Assembly (NCBI GenBank): GCA_958296135.2
Contig: CATQHZ020000001.1
Location: 864,001 to 928,000, forward strand
Source of the DNA: an uncultured Poribacteria bacterium
Lineage (GTDB): Bacteria; Poribacteria; WGA-4E; WGA-3G
Direction: 5' to 3'
Length of the DNA stretch: 64,000 nt
Shown here: positions 29,470-39,586 of the stretch, one piece after another
Numbering within the stretch: position 1 is the first letter of the stretch
How the letters are laid out: each line of letters opens with the position of its first letter
Made by a program: the position numbers and the translations under genes
Notes under the pieces: model-generated
Databases searched by the model: none
Seen by the model: only the letters and a program-made list of their open reading frames with translations
Told to the model about the DNA's origin: nothing

Positions 29470-30273
29470 ATGGCTACTCTGCAAAAGAGACTTGATTTCG
29501 CGAGGCCGCCTGTAGAGGAGGTGGTGCTGAGTGTGCTTTTCAATCCACTTGATAGACTGCTGGCACCGCACCTCGGTGAAATCTGGCAGGAATTTAAGAG
29601 GGACGGCTTTGTGCACATCGTAGAGCAGCCGCCGGTTGCTCCCGCGGTGGAAATCTTTCCGATTCCGGGGCAAGAGGCGCAGTTTCGTATAGGCAACGTC
29701 CCGGACCTCGCGCGGATTTTGTTTATACATAAAACCGACACCGAAATTATTCAGGTGCAGCGTGACCGGTTTACGTTCAACTGGCGTAAAGCAAGTCTGG
29801 ATCCAGTATATCCTGGGTTCTCGGCCATTTACGAGAAATTTGAAGGGGTTTATACCCGCTTTACCCAAACTGTCAAAAACATGCAAATCGGCGAAGTCAC
29901 TCCGTCGCAATATGAGTTAACCTACATCGATCAGCTCAGGCACGGGGAAGGGTGGGATACACTCGCTGACCTGGGGAAAATTTACAACATGTTTGTTGAT
30001 GCCCCTTGGGTTGGGGCAGAATCTGTCGATTTTCATGCTTCATTTCCTGTTGCGGATTTGCACGGCCGGTTACACGTTTCCATGGGTAATCGGATAAAGA
30101 TGCCCGAACAGACTCAGACATTACAAACCGATTTCACGGTGCGTGGTTTTCCAGAGGGTACGGAAGATGCTGTGATTGCGTGGTTTAAGTCAGCACGGGA
30201 CCAGATTCGCGAAAAATTCGCCAGTATGTTCTCTGACGACATCCAAACACGAATATGGGGGCGAAAAGAATGA
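29470..30273 (+). CDS. TIGR04255 family protein
   Basis: Motifs F.RPPV.EVVLSV.F, IQVQ.DRF.FNWR, YPGF, ELTYI and WF..AR..I...F; 267 aa. Confidence 0.8.
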   Translation: MATLQKRLDFARPPVEEVVLSVLFNPLDRLLAPHLGEIWQEFKRDGFVHIVEQPPVAPAVEIFPIPGQEAQFRIGNVPDLARILFIHKTDTEIIQVQRDRFTFNWRKASLDPVYPGFSAIYEKFEGVYTRFTQTVKNMQIGEVTPSQYELTYIDQLRHGEGWDTLADLGKIYNMFVDAPWVGAESVDFHASFPVADLHGRLHVSMGNRIKMPEQTQTLQTDFTVRGFPEGTEDAVIAWFKSARDQIREKFASMFSDDIQTRIWGRKE

Positions 30274-30797
30274 GTCAATCACAAGAGGAGATAAAATCGG
30301 AATTCATGGGAAGTCCTACTCGTCCTACGGTAACATCTTATTATCATAGGCTTCAAGTTCACGAGAACGTTCCTCAAATCGTTGGTAGCAAGTCGAAACG
30401 TGATGAGTCCTCCGCGGCCAGACTCAGTTTCACATGGTTGGGTGATGCCGCGCAACAACTGCAGGAAATCCGCTTGGAAGTTGAGGAAGCCTGCGAGTTG
30501 GATAGCGAAACCGAAGTCGTCCCAGAGTCGGCCTACGACGAAGCATATTTTCTGCTCAATGTGCTTCATCCTGTCATCCCGATGCCCGACATCATGTGGT
30601 TGGAAGATGGCGGCATCGGGTTTGAGTGGATAGCTCAGCGTGGGAAGGGCATTGGAACGATCAGTCTGTATGGTGACAATCGGGTCATCTATGGTATCTC
30701 TTTAGGAAACAGGCCTCGAGTCAAAGGGACCCGCGCCTTATCAGACCTTGCCGCTTTGGGTGACTGCTTTGCAGCGTTATTCTGTCTCTGTTCCTAG
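30270..30797 (+). CDS. Hypothetical protein, translationally coupled to TIGR04255
   Basis: ATGA overlap at 30270-30273; DGGI.FEW motif; paralog at 27095. Confidence 0.75.
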   Translation: MSQSQEEIKSEFMGSPTRPTVTSYYHRLQVHENVPQIVGSKSKRDESSAARLSFTWLGDAAQQLQEIRLEVEEACELDSETEVVPESAYDEAYFLLNVLHPVIPMPDIMWLEDGGIGFEWIAQRGKGIGTISLYGDNRVIYGISLGNRPRVKGTRALSDLAALGDCFAALFCLCS

Positions 30798-30930
30798 ACA
30801 TCACTGCTGCGTTCCCGATAACGGTAGCGCGGGACGAAATGCAACCGCTCTTCGACAGCGTCAATCTCGCAGCGTTATTGTGGATGCCTACACCCTTTTG
30901 ACACTTCACCGAAATCTAAGAGGACTTGAT

Positions 30931-31323
30931 ATGAACGTTTCACGGAATGAGAGACTCACACATTTTATCTTTTCTAAAAGTAATTTTTCTGTTGTGAACC
31001 AGAGAGTCAAGTATGGGGCTTTTATTCCGCAGAAAAGCAGTCCAGAAGAAATTTCTGTCTATTGCACCTCGTCACTTACTGAAATTCAAGTGTGGGCAAT
31101 CGGGGAGAAGTATGTCAGACGCGGCGACAGAACCATAAAAGCGCGAGCAGATCTTTCGGCAGGCGACGTTTATGAGATAGGACTTGAAGTCGTTCCAGTC
31201 CCACAACCTCATGAGTTACATGCCAACATCATCCCGATTCCTGTTGAAAAGGAAGACCGCAATGAAATATTAGAGAAACTTGCTGGTATCAGCAAATTGG
31301 TACTTGTCCCACCAGAAGTGTAG
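30931..31323 (+). CDS. Hypothetical protein, possible ART/RES-like fold toxin
   Basis: AGAGGA RBS before ATG 30931; pattern E.L..F...AF.P...ISV...ARADL...V...GL.V.P...HANI. The CDS is likely real; the fold is inferred. Confidence 0.6.
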   Translation: MNVSRNERLTHFIFSKSNFSVVNQRVKYGAFIPQKSSPEEISVYCTSSLTEIQVWAIGEKYVRRGDRTIKARADLSAGDVYEIGLEVVPVPQPHELHANIIPIPVEKEDRNEILEKLAGISKLVLVPPEV

Positions 31324-31337
31324 GAGGAAATAACCGT

Positions 31338-33881
31338 ATGAATCATCGGGCTCACCTATCCAAAACGGAACACCACGAAACCGCAACGCGTCTCCTTGAA
31401 ACCCTTATCGGTGGCAAACTAGAAGATACCGTTGAAGATGCATCCACCCTTGAGACGTTCCTCAAGACGCTTCCCGCTGATTCGCTTGAACGTTACCTCA
31501 TCCCGCAGTGGGTAGTTCTCGCCGCGGGGAGAGGTACACGCATCGACCCGAGCGGGCGGTTAAGCAAGACATTAGACATTATGTTCGGCGCGCAGAATAC
31601 GCTCCAACTCTCTCGCCGCTATCTCCCCGGCAATCGGCCCCACATCGTCGTCATTAACCCACAGATGTCAGAACGCGAGGATACGCATCTGTTTGAGCCT
31701 GATGCAATTTTATGCGTTCAATCCGAAATGAACGGCACCGGGGGCGCGTTGCAAGCCGCTCTCCCCGAGATTCAGAAATCCGATGCAGCCTGCATAGGCG
31801 TTTCCTTCGGTGATGAACCTTTTTTAGAGAGAGCGATTTTCGTTCAAACTTTGCTCTCCCACTTTTTGTCTGGCGCGGATGTCACACTTTGCGGCAAGGT
31901 GCCAGAGACGGTTGTGGATAAAGGCGGGCTCTTTTTTGATACCGATGGCAGGCTCGTCTGCACTAAAGAGTGGTATGATATGACGGCGGCTGAGCAGGCA
32001 GAGATGTGGCACCGTTGGGAGCGCGGCGAGGCGTATACGAACACAGGCATCACGCTTATTCGGAAATCGGCGTTGTTGGAACGCATCCATCGGTTGCAAC
32101 CCCACAGAAACCGGCGGGATGAACTGCACCACGTAGATGTGGTGCGGCTCTGTTATGAAGATGGGCTCAAAACGAACGCCTTTATCTATCGCGGCGCGGT
32201 ATTGTCGGGTATCAACCGTTGGACAAACGTGTTAACGGGTGAAGCGACATTGTTTGAGCAGCACCGGGAGATGCTGGCACAGAGAGGTGTCCGCGTTGAC
32301 CCGGGCGCGCGGATTACGTTGGAGAGCGAAGACGTTAACATCGGCGCGGGGTGTTATCTGCTCGGCAGGATTCATATCGGTAAAAACGTTCGGATTGGCA
32401 GTTACTGTCGGCTTGAGAACGTCACACTCCTCGGCGCGACGAGTGTCGGCGATGCGGTGGGGTTAGAAGATGTCTTCGCGCAGGAGACGACATTTGCGGG
32501 GAATCCCTTACCTGAGCCGTTAAACGACAACTTTGTAGCGCGCCGTTTGCGAGTGCATCGTGCGAACCCCCATGTGACGCTATCGGCACCTCTTCGTGGG
32601 CTCGCCACGCAGAGCACCATTAAACATTGCACGTTCGATGCGGTAACGGTGGGGAGCGGCGTGAACCTATCTGCAATTCAAGCGTATGCAACGGTGATTC
32701 CGTCCGACATCAATTTGGCAGCTCGGACGTTAGGTGTTCCGCTTCGGCAATCGCCATCGGGTGTACCGGGGGCGGTTTTCAAGCGAATTATTCCATTGGA
32801 TTACCGCCCCGGTGTCTTCACTTTGGGCGAGAAGCGACATCTACCGGATTGGGAAGCCCTGCGGCAGCACGTTCAATCACACTGCGATGCGGAACTCATT
32901 CCGCGCGCGACGCGCAATCAGCAGCTGCAGGCGGTAAGCAGTGAAGCTGTGAGAACCCTGCTGGAGATGCAACGAACCGATGGCAGTTATCTGATTGACG
33001 AGCTGACACCCGAAGAGTTGTGGGGCAGCATCTTTGAGATGGTGACGCTCCACACCGGCAATCCGAATCCGTATCATGCCGATAAACTGAAGGCGCGACA
33101 GACTGCGATAGCGTTGCTCAACGAAACGCCTCGGACGTACTACGGCATTTGGCCGCACGATTGGTTAGCGCGATTAAAATTAGTCGTCGCCGGAAATATC
33201 ATTGATTACAGCAGCGCGCGGGTTGTTGCCAAGTTGAAAGAGAATAGCAACTACTTCTCCGAGGCACTACAGGCGGCGGTTGAAACGCCCTTTGCGATTG
33301 ATTGCTTCGCGCAATTCAACGAGAAGGTTATTGAAGGCGAACCGATGCAAATCCTCTGGCTCGCGGATAACGATGGCGAGGCTGTCTTTGATATCGCCTT
33401 CATTCAGGACTTGGTGGAGCTGGGGCATCGTGTCTGTGTTGTCGGCAAGGCGGATAACGCTAGCAATGATGCGACGGTGGATGATTTGCGCGAGATAGTT
33501 AATTATACACAGTGGCGGGACCCCCGTGGGGAAGATAGTTATCCACAGTTCCGCAATCTTCAGTTGGCAATCAGAGATGGGGTTGTCACCTTCATCTCTT
33601 CCGGTTCCATAACTATCGGCACGAACCTTTACCAGGCCACGCCGACGTTTGCCAACGCTGTCCTGGCGGCAGACTTGGTTATTTCAAAGGGACAAGGCAA
33701 TTTCTTTACGACTTTCGGCTGGGCGCAGGATACCTTTTACCTCTTGTTGTCCAAAGGCGTGACTGCCGAGCAAAGCACCGGCGTTGTCGCGGATAAAACG
33801 CTGCCGGTTGATGGGCTCATTTTGGCGTATGTGCCGGGTGGCACAAAATCGGACGCAACGCTACGTGACATCTGTGGATAG
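31338..33881 (+). CDS. GlmU-like nucleotidyltransferase, hexapeptide repeat and DUF89/ARMT1-like phosphatase fusion
   Basis: LAAGRGTR, GTGGAL and GDEP; I/VG..C hexapeptides; C-terminal AGN.IDY, DNDGE..FD, NDAT and KGQGNF. Confidence 0.8.
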   Translation: MNHRAHLSKTEHHETATRLLETLIGGKLEDTVEDASTLETFLKTLPADSLERYLIPQWVVLAAGRGTRIDPSGRLSKTLDIMFGAQNTLQLSRRYLPGNRPHIVVINPQMSEREDTHLFEPDAILCVQSEMNGTGGALQAALPEIQKSDAACIGVSFGDEPFLERAIFVQTLLSHFLSGADVTLCGKVPETVVDKGGLFFDTDGRLVCTKEWYDMTAAEQAEMWHRWERGEAYTNTGITLIRKSALLERIHRLQPHRNRRDELHHVDVVRLCYEDGLKTNAFIYRGAVLSGINRWTNVLTGEATLFEQHREMLAQRGVRVDPGARITLESEDVNIGAGCYLLGRIHIGKNVRIGSYCRLENVTLLGATSVGDAVGLEDVFAQETTFAGNPLPEPLNDNFVARRLRVHRANPHVTLSAPLRGLATQSTIKHCTFDAVTVGSGVNLSAIQAYATVIPSDINLAARTLGVPLRQSPSGVPGAVFKRIIPLDYRPGVFTLGEKRHLPDWEALRQHVQSHCDAELIPRATRNQQLQAVSSEAVRTLLEMQRTDGSYLIDELTPEELWGSIFEMVTLHTGNPNPYHADKLKARQTAIALLNETPRTYYGIWPHDWLARLKLVVAGNIIDYSSARVVAKLKENSNYFSEALQAAVETPFAIDCFAQFNEKVIEGEPMQILWLADNDGEAVFDIAFIQDLVELGHRVCVVGKADNASNDATVDDLREIVNYTQWRDPRGEDSYPQFRNLQLAIRDGVVTFISSGSITIGTNLYQATPTFANAVLAADLVISKGQGNFFTTFGWAQDTFYLLLSKGVTAEQSTGVVADKTLPVDGLILAYVPGGTKSDATLRDICG

Positions 33882-35213
33882 GCGCGAAATCGTAAATTCG
33901 CGTTTGCCGGAGGCGGGGAGGGGGATGTCCGCCACAAATTCGACGTTCACGGTAACTTCTGTCCCGAGTGCCTCCCGAATTCTCTGGACGATGTGCTGGC
34001 GCGTCGCCTCTTGCCACTGCGCGTTAATTACCAATTTCAGGGTGCATCTCTCCAACGTCTCCTGAATCAGTTGGAATTGACTCACGCCCGTGAGGTGGTA
34101 GAATTGCTGTGTGAAGTAGCCGCCGTGTATTAACGCGCCGCTTTTCGTGCGGAAGGTGGCGGTGCTGCGGCCGAGCAGTTCCGCCAAAATCGGCAGTTGA
34201 TTGCCGCATGGACAGACTTCATCGGATAGGCGGCCGATATCGCCGATGCGATAACGGATAAACGGCATCGCGTAGTTGTTCAGTTGCGTAATCAGTATCT
34301 CTCCCGGTTCTGTCCACGGGTTGGGACTATCCACCTCAACGCAGAGCTCTCGGCAGTTGAGGTGCATCTGTCCTTCGGCGCATTCCATTGCGATTAGGCC
34401 GACTTCTCTGCTGCCATATCGGTTGTAAACTTTCGTGTGGAAGAGCGATTCGGCGAGGGCGCGGTAATGCGGATGCAGCATCTCCGCCGAGGCAATGATA
34501 CCCTTTAACCTTGTAGGCGATTCCTGCCGGGCTTGATACTGTTCTGACTCTTCATGCGAGCGCGCTAGAACCTTGGCAAACTGATAAAGCGCCGAGGGAT
34601 AGGCGAGAATCGTGTGTGGTTGCCACCGGTGCATTTTCTCATAAGTTTCGCGCATCGCCGATTCGGTGAGATGGAAGCCGTTGAGCCACTGCTGATTCCG
34701 CCAAAAGGCGTTTAAGCGGTGTTTCCAATTTGAATTTTCAAGGGTGCCCCAAAGAATCAATTGCGGTTCGCCGAAGTCCCAACCTGCCCACCGGTCGAAG
34801 TAGTAGACGCTGAGGTTTCGCTGATTCCAATAGTCTCTATCCTGATAGAACGTCAGCGGCGTTCCGGTTGAGCCGCCGGTGGCATTTTTGATGCGCTCGT
34901 TTGGAGAAAATGCCTCGGAACAGAGGCGTTCGCGCTGCTCTCGAATAGTCTTTTTTTCGAGCGGCGGGATATCGGCCAACGCGCCAGATGCTGCCTTGAG
35001 CAGTTCGCGATAGAACGGCGTTGTTTCGCGTGCGTGCCGAAGCAGTTTTGCCAAACGTTCCGCCTGATAAGCGAGAATGGTTTCGCGCGGCGCGTCCAGC
35101 AGTGCAGTCGTCTGCCGCAGCTGCTGTCGGAAATGAACCCCTTTTCGGTAGGTGTTGTAGGCGCGCCATGCGGCTTTTGAGAATAACGTTTTGGCGGAAC
35201 GGCGAATTGGCAT
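33861..35213 (-). CDS. Phenylacetate-CoA ligase / CapK family protein
   Basis: Motifs TGGSTGTPL, YPS, YGSREVG.IA.EC and AMPFIRY.IGD; start placed at ATG 35213. Confidence 0.88.
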   Translation of the reverse strand: MPIRRSAKTLFSKAAWRAYNTYRKGVHFRQQLRQTTALLDAPRETILAYQAERLAKLLRHARETTPFYRELLKAASGALADIPPLEKKTIREQRERLCSEAFSPNERIKNATGGSTGTPLTFYQDRDYWNQRNLSVYYFDRWAGWDFGEPQLILWGTLENSNWKHRLNAFWRNQQWLNGFHLTESAMRETYEKMHRWQPHTILAYPSALYQFAKVLARSHEESEQYQARQESPTRLKGIIASAEMLHPHYRALAESLFHTKVYNRYGSREVGLIAMECAEGQMHLNCRELCVEVDSPNPWTEPGEILITQLNNYAMPFIRYRIGDIGRLSDEVCPCGNQLPILAELLGRSTATFRTKSGALIHGGYFTQQFYHLTGVSQFQLIQETLERCTLKLVINAQWQEATRQHIVQRIREALGTEVTVNVEFVADIPLPASGKREFTISRLSTDVT

Positions 35214-35333
35214 GATTCTGTGAGCACCTCGGCACTGCGTTTCGGATGACAAAGATTCGGGTTGACATGCAATTGCGGATATGTTATCATTTTTATTGTT
35301 GCATAGCAAATTCGCATGATGGAGGAGACTCAA

Positions 35334-35954
35334 ATGGCGTTTACAGATTTCAAATCGATTGCGCAAGTGCAGGAGCCCTTCAACATTACATACGTCGAAG
35401 CGGACTACATTCAATACGACGACATTGAACCCTCCTCGGCGTTTTTGGAGGAGTTTGCGTTTAGTCGACGACATATTGACGTGTTTGCATCAGAAGAGGC
35501 GCGGTGTGAAAATCTTATCTATCCTATTCTCCGAGATGTCTACAAAAATTACGTTGAACATCTCTCGCTCTGGAGCCATCGGGCCATCTCTTGCGATTCG
35601 CTCCTGACTGGCACGCCTGACTACATCGTCTCAACGAAATCGCCGTTGGGAAAGACAGTGTTTGGCACCCCCATTATCATCGTCGTTGAAGCGAAACGGA
35701 ACGACTTCATCGAAGGATGGGGGCAGTGCTTAGTGGAACTCATCGCCGTTCAGAAAATCAACGGAGACGGTGTTCAACCCGTTTATGGGATTGTCACTGA
35801 TGGCGAGTTTTGGCAATTCGGGAAGTTAACGGGAGAGCTGTTTACGCGGAACGAGACAGTGCTCGCGATAAGCGAACTGAACCGCGTTTTCGGCGCGATT
35901 GGATACTTAATGCGGGCTAATGGGGCCCCTGCAAAACATGCAAAAATGGTATGA
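35334..35954 (+). CDS. Hypothetical PD-(D/E)XK-fold protein, paralog of 3438-4043
   Basis: Motifs SE.AR.E.LI.PIL, G.PDY, VEAK, GWGQC and VYG.VTDG..WQF; GGAGG RBS. Confidence 0.72.
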   Translation: MAFTDFKSIAQVQEPFNITYVEADYIQYDDIEPSSAFLEEFAFSRRHIDVFASEEARCENLIYPILRDVYKNYVEHLSLWSHRAISCDSLLTGTPDYIVSTKSPLGKTVFGTPIIIVVEAKRNDFIEGWGQCLVELIAVQKINGDGVQPVYGIVTDGEFWQFGKLTGELFTRNETVLAISELNRVFGAIGYLMRANGAPAKHAKMV

Positions 35955-36153
35955 GAACCGAATCTTTCTAAATACCGCCATCGTCTTGATGGCTGCCGGG
36001 TTTATCGCCTATTTCTTCCTGCGGTGGCCCTGGGGATTGCCGCTCTTTTTGGCACTTGGCACAGCGATTATGATACGCGGCATCGTCAGAATTACGACGC
36101 GGATGCGCGCCAAGAGAGGGCGGCGAGATTCACCAAACAAGGACGAGTCATGA
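35920..36153 (+). CDS. Small membrane protein with two TM helices (alternative start 35938)
   Basis: Two hydrophobic segments and a basic tail; stop overlaps the next ATG (ATGA). Confidence 0.6.
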   Translation: MGPLQNMQKWYENRIFLNTAIVLMAAGFIAYFFLRWPWGLPLFLALGTAIMIRGIVRITTRMRAKRGRRDSPNKDES

Positions 36154-37142
36154 AACGAAGAACGTTTATCAAACTCAGCGCGATTGGCGCAGCGGGCATG
36201 GTGCTACCGCTGCAGTTGGAGGCACAAGCCGCGGAAACGTCGCTCCTCCGGCCCAGCACGCTGATAACGCCTAATGCCGATTTCTATATTCTCCAAATTG
36301 GGGAACCTGTCGAGATGCGCGCGGCGCACTGGCGGTTAGCCGTCACCGGGCTGGTGGACAGACCTGGGATGCCCTTGCGGCTTGAGGAAATCACGGCGAT
36401 GGATGCCGTCACGACGATGCGAACGCTGAAGTGCATCGGCGACCCGATTGGCACGGAGCAGATGAGCAACGCGACGTGGAGAGGTGTCCGCTTGCGCGAT
36501 GTCCTTCAGAAATTTGGCGTGACATCCGAGGCGAAGGTGGTTGTCTTCCGATGTGCCGATGGGTATCACACCGCTATTCCTCTTGCTGATGCAATGCGTG
36601 AGGAGACGCTCCTCGCCTATCAAATGAACGGCGAGCCGCTGCCTACAGCGCACGGTTTCCCGATTCGGTTGCTCAACCCCGGTCACTACGGCACGAAAAA
36701 CCCGAAATGGATAGTCAATATCCAGTTGGCGGCGCACCATGAGAGTTATTGGGAGAAACGAGGGTGGGACCCGATTGCTTCTGTCACGTTGGCGACTGCC
36801 ATCGGCACGCCGAGCGAGGGCGCGAAGATTAAAGCGGGAGCTCCGTATACGGTAAGCGGCGCGGCGTTTGATGCCGGCAACCACGGCGGTATCAAATCGG
36901 TAGAAGTCAGCGTGGATTATGGGCAAACGTGGCAAGAAGCCGAGATTTGGGCGAAAGATACGCCCCTTGCCTGGGTGCTCTGGAAATGGGACTGGCAGGT
37001 GCCGGAGAAAGCGGAGCCTGTCGAAATCTATGCGAGAGCCACCGCCAATAACGGCCTGACGCAAGACGAAATCGGGATTGAAGCGGAGCCGGTGGGCGCG
37101 ACAGGTTATCATACGGTTGACGCAGAGATTGTCGCCTCATAA
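36150..37142 (+). CDS. Tat-exported molybdopterin-dependent oxidoreductase (sulfite oxidase family)
   Basis: MKRRTFIKL Tat signal; TL.CI, SNA.W.GV.L, HGFP.RLL.PG.YG.K.PKW and VEVS.D.G.TW. Confidence 0.9.
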   Translation: MKRRTFIKLSAIGAAGMVLPLQLEAQAAETSLLRPSTLITPNADFYILQIGEPVEMRAAHWRLAVTGLVDRPGMPLRLEEITAMDAVTTMRTLKCIGDPIGTEQMSNATWRGVRLRDVLQKFGVTSEAKVVVFRCADGYHTAIPLADAMREETLLAYQMNGEPLPTAHGFPIRLLNPGHYGTKNPKWIVNIQLAAHHESYWEKRGWDPIASVTLATAIGTPSEGAKIKAGAPYTVSGAAFDAGNHGGIKSVEVSVDYGQTWQEAEIWAKDTPLAWVLWKWDWQVPEKAEPVEIYARATANNGLTQDEIGIEAEPVGATGYHTVDAEIVAS

Positions 37143-37190
37143 GCGTTTCTAACGGACAAAACGTCTCCGACGAGACTGACAGAAGAAAGA

Positions 37191-38363
37191 ATGCGCCTAA
37201 AACCGAGCCAGCTGCTCACCGCCTATCTACCAGCCTTACTGATGGATTTTGCGCTTAGCAGCCTCCTGACAAACACCTCCTTTTACACCAGTTATCTGCG
37301 CCTCTCAAACGTATTCCTCGGTGGGCTGATGACGGTAACCACCGCTTTCTTTGCGACACTCGCCATCCCGTTTGGCAGACTCTCCGACCGGGGGGAGCGA
37401 CGCTGGGTGCTTTACGCCGCGTGCCTCCTCATCGGTGCTGTCAGCATCGGGCTACCGTTTTGCCGTAACCGTCTGCATCTCCTGCTCATCTTTCCGGGTG
37501 TCGGGGTAGGGATGGCACTCTTTTGGCCGGCTTATGAAGCTTGGCTCGCTGAGCGGGAAGGCGAAGGCGAACTGATTCACCGGGTGATGCTTTTCAATCT
37601 CTTTTGGAGTATCGGGATAACCCTCGGCCCGGCAGCCGCCGGCTACCTCTATCGTGATGCGAACCCGTTTACGCCGTTTTATCTTGCCGGTATCTTCAGT
37701 GTGCTGACGTTCTGGACAATCTTTTCAAATAAACCCAATCCGGCGCGCCGCGCGGTTGAATCTGAGGCGGAGATGGCAGAGCCAGTATTTCCGCCACCCG
37801 CAGTGCGGACTACCTATCTCTACATTGCGCGGTGTGCGAATTTCGCGTCGTGGTTCGCGCTGGGAGTCCTGCGTCGGATTGCACCGAAACTTATCTTGGA
37901 GATGGGCATCGCCGCCACAGTTTTCGGCAATTTAATGCTCATCCTTGGCGGCGTGCAAACCTTAACATTCCTCGGGCTCGGGGGCGGGTATTCAACCCGG
38001 TGGCACTATCGGTTGGCACCGCTCCTCATTGTCCAAGCGTTGGCGATTATCAGTTTCATCGGAATCTGGCAGGTTCAGCATGCAACTTTATGGGCGTTTG
38101 CCTTTGCGATTATCGGCGTGTCTGTCGCCTTCACCTATTTCAGTAGCCTCTACTACGGGTTGGACCGGCAGGCGGACAAGGGCAACAAGAGCGGCTGGCA
38201 CGAGGCGATTTTAGGCGGTGGCATTCTCCTCGGTCCTTTTTTAGGCGGCATCGCCGCTGATTCGCAATTTGGCGTTCAAAGTCCTTATCTGCTTTGCGCC
38301 ATTGCAATTGCAATCGCTAGTGTCATAGAAATTTTCATTTACAGAAGATGCTCCCGGATGTAA
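37191..38363 (+). CDS. MFS transporter
   Basis: About 12 hydrophobic segments; GRLSDR motif A. Confidence 0.88.
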   Translation: MRLKPSQLLTAYLPALLMDFALSSLLTNTSFYTSYLRLSNVFLGGLMTVTTAFFATLAIPFGRLSDRGERRWVLYAACLLIGAVSIGLPFCRNRLHLLLIFPGVGVGMALFWPAYEAWLAEREGEGELIHRVMLFNLFWSIGITLGPAAAGYLYRDANPFTPFYLAGIFSVLTFWTIFSNKPNPARRAVESEAEMAEPVFPPPAVRTTYLYIARCANFASWFALGVLRRIAPKLILEMGIAATVFGNLMLILGGVQTLTFLGLGGGYSTRWHYRLAPLLIVQALAIISFIGIWQVQHATLWAFAFAIIGVSVAFTYFSSLYYGLDRQADKGNKSGWHEAILGGGILLGPFLGGIAADSQFGVQSPYLLCAIAIAIASVIEIFIYRRCSRM

Positions 38364-39454
38364 GCCTCATCGGGCGTAACGCCGAGGCCCGGGCCATCCG
38401 GCACTGTCACGACATTGTCCCGAATGTCTACGCCGCTGACTGCCAGTGTGTCTAAAAACGCGGGCGCGTTCAACTCCGCGGGCAAAGCCAGATTCAAGGT
38501 AGCGAACAGATGCACAGACGCGATGAAGCCTACCCCGGCTTCTGTCAACCCACTGCCGAGTATCTCGAGCGCATTCGCCTCGGCGACAGGGACGCTTTTC
38601 AGACATTCGGCCAAACCTCCGGATTTACACACCTTCAAAACAACGGCATCGGCGCATTCAAGTTGCGCAATCTTTGCCAAATCGAACGAGGTAAAACAGC
38701 CTTCGTCAATTGCGATGGGAATGGCGGCGTTATCCCGCACGCGCTTCATGCCGAACCAGTCTTGACTTGCCACCGGTTGCTCCATGCAGTAGATTTCACG
38801 AAGACCGGCGACTCGCTTGAGGAGTTCAATAGCTCTGGAGGGGGCATACGACTGATTCGCGTCAATCCAGAGCGTTGCATTCGGCATTGCCTCGTGCACG
38901 GCGCGCAACCGTTCTTCATCCGCGCCCGGTTCTCCCGCGACTTTCACTTTGAAGCAGCTGCAGGGAGATAACGCTTTCGCCTTCGCTCCCATTATTTCCG
39001 GCGTGTCAATGCTCAGTGCATAAGAGAGCGGCAGCGTATCGTGGCGTTTCCCGCCGAAAAGGGTGTGCAGCGGCACGCCTAGGATGCGTGCACCCAGGTC
39101 ATGCAATGCGATGTCAACGGCGGCTTTGGCGAACGGGTGTCCGTTGCTCACCGCCGGTTTCAATGCGTGATACATCGCATCGTGGATTTTGTTGAGGTGC
39201 AAGGGATTTTGTCCGAGGAGAAGCGGTGCGATGTGGAACTGAATCGTTGAGGTAATTGATTCCACCGTTTCATAGCTCCACGAGGGGAGCGCGCGCTGTT
39301 CACCCCAGCCGATGTAACCGTCGTCTGTCGTCAGTTTGACGAAGATATGGTGCCCTGCAGATGCCGCGTCCCCGACAAAGCCGGTGCCGATGGTGAAAAC
39401 ATCTCTCATGCCGATGGCGGTAGGAAAAACGTCTACGTGTGCGATTTTGCTCAT
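38339..39454 (-). CDS. Mandelate racemase / muconate lactonizing enzyme family protein
   Basis: Motifs G.GE, AVDIALHDL, FKVK, DANQ, EQP, DE, K..K.GG and P.GPGLG. Confidence 0.9.
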   Translation of the reverse strand: MSKIAHVDVFPTAIGMRDVFTIGTGFVGDAASAGHHIFVKLTTDDGYIGWGEQRALPSWSYETVESITSTIQFHIAPLLLGQNPLHLNKIHDAMYHALKPAVSNGHPFAKAAVDIALHDLGARILGVPLHTLFGGKRHDTLPLSYALSIDTPEIMGAKAKALSPCSCFKVKVAGEPGADEERLRAVHEAMPNATLWIDANQSYAPSRAIELLKRVAGLREIYCMEQPVASQDWFGMKRVRDNAAIPIAIDEGCFTSFDLAKIAQLECADAVVLKVCKSGGLAECLKSVPVAEANALEILGSGLTEAGVGFIASVHLFATLNLALPAELNAPAFLDTLAVSGVDIRDNVVTVPDGPGLGVTPDEAYIREHLL

Positions 39455-39586
39455 AATGCTATTCCTGAGAAATTGTGAATCTGTGAGAAAGCATACTACA
39501 ACTCACGGAAATGATCAAACGATTTTTACCCTATCCTTTCGCGCTTGTGCTATAATGCAACAAATCACTCTTCACGGAGGCACCTC

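Noticed and set aside
26538-31323. Integron cassette array with hairpins as attC sites
   Set aside because: There is no integrase. The hairpins carry GTAG ends rather than RYYYAAC/GTTRRRY cores, and the genes have their own promoters.
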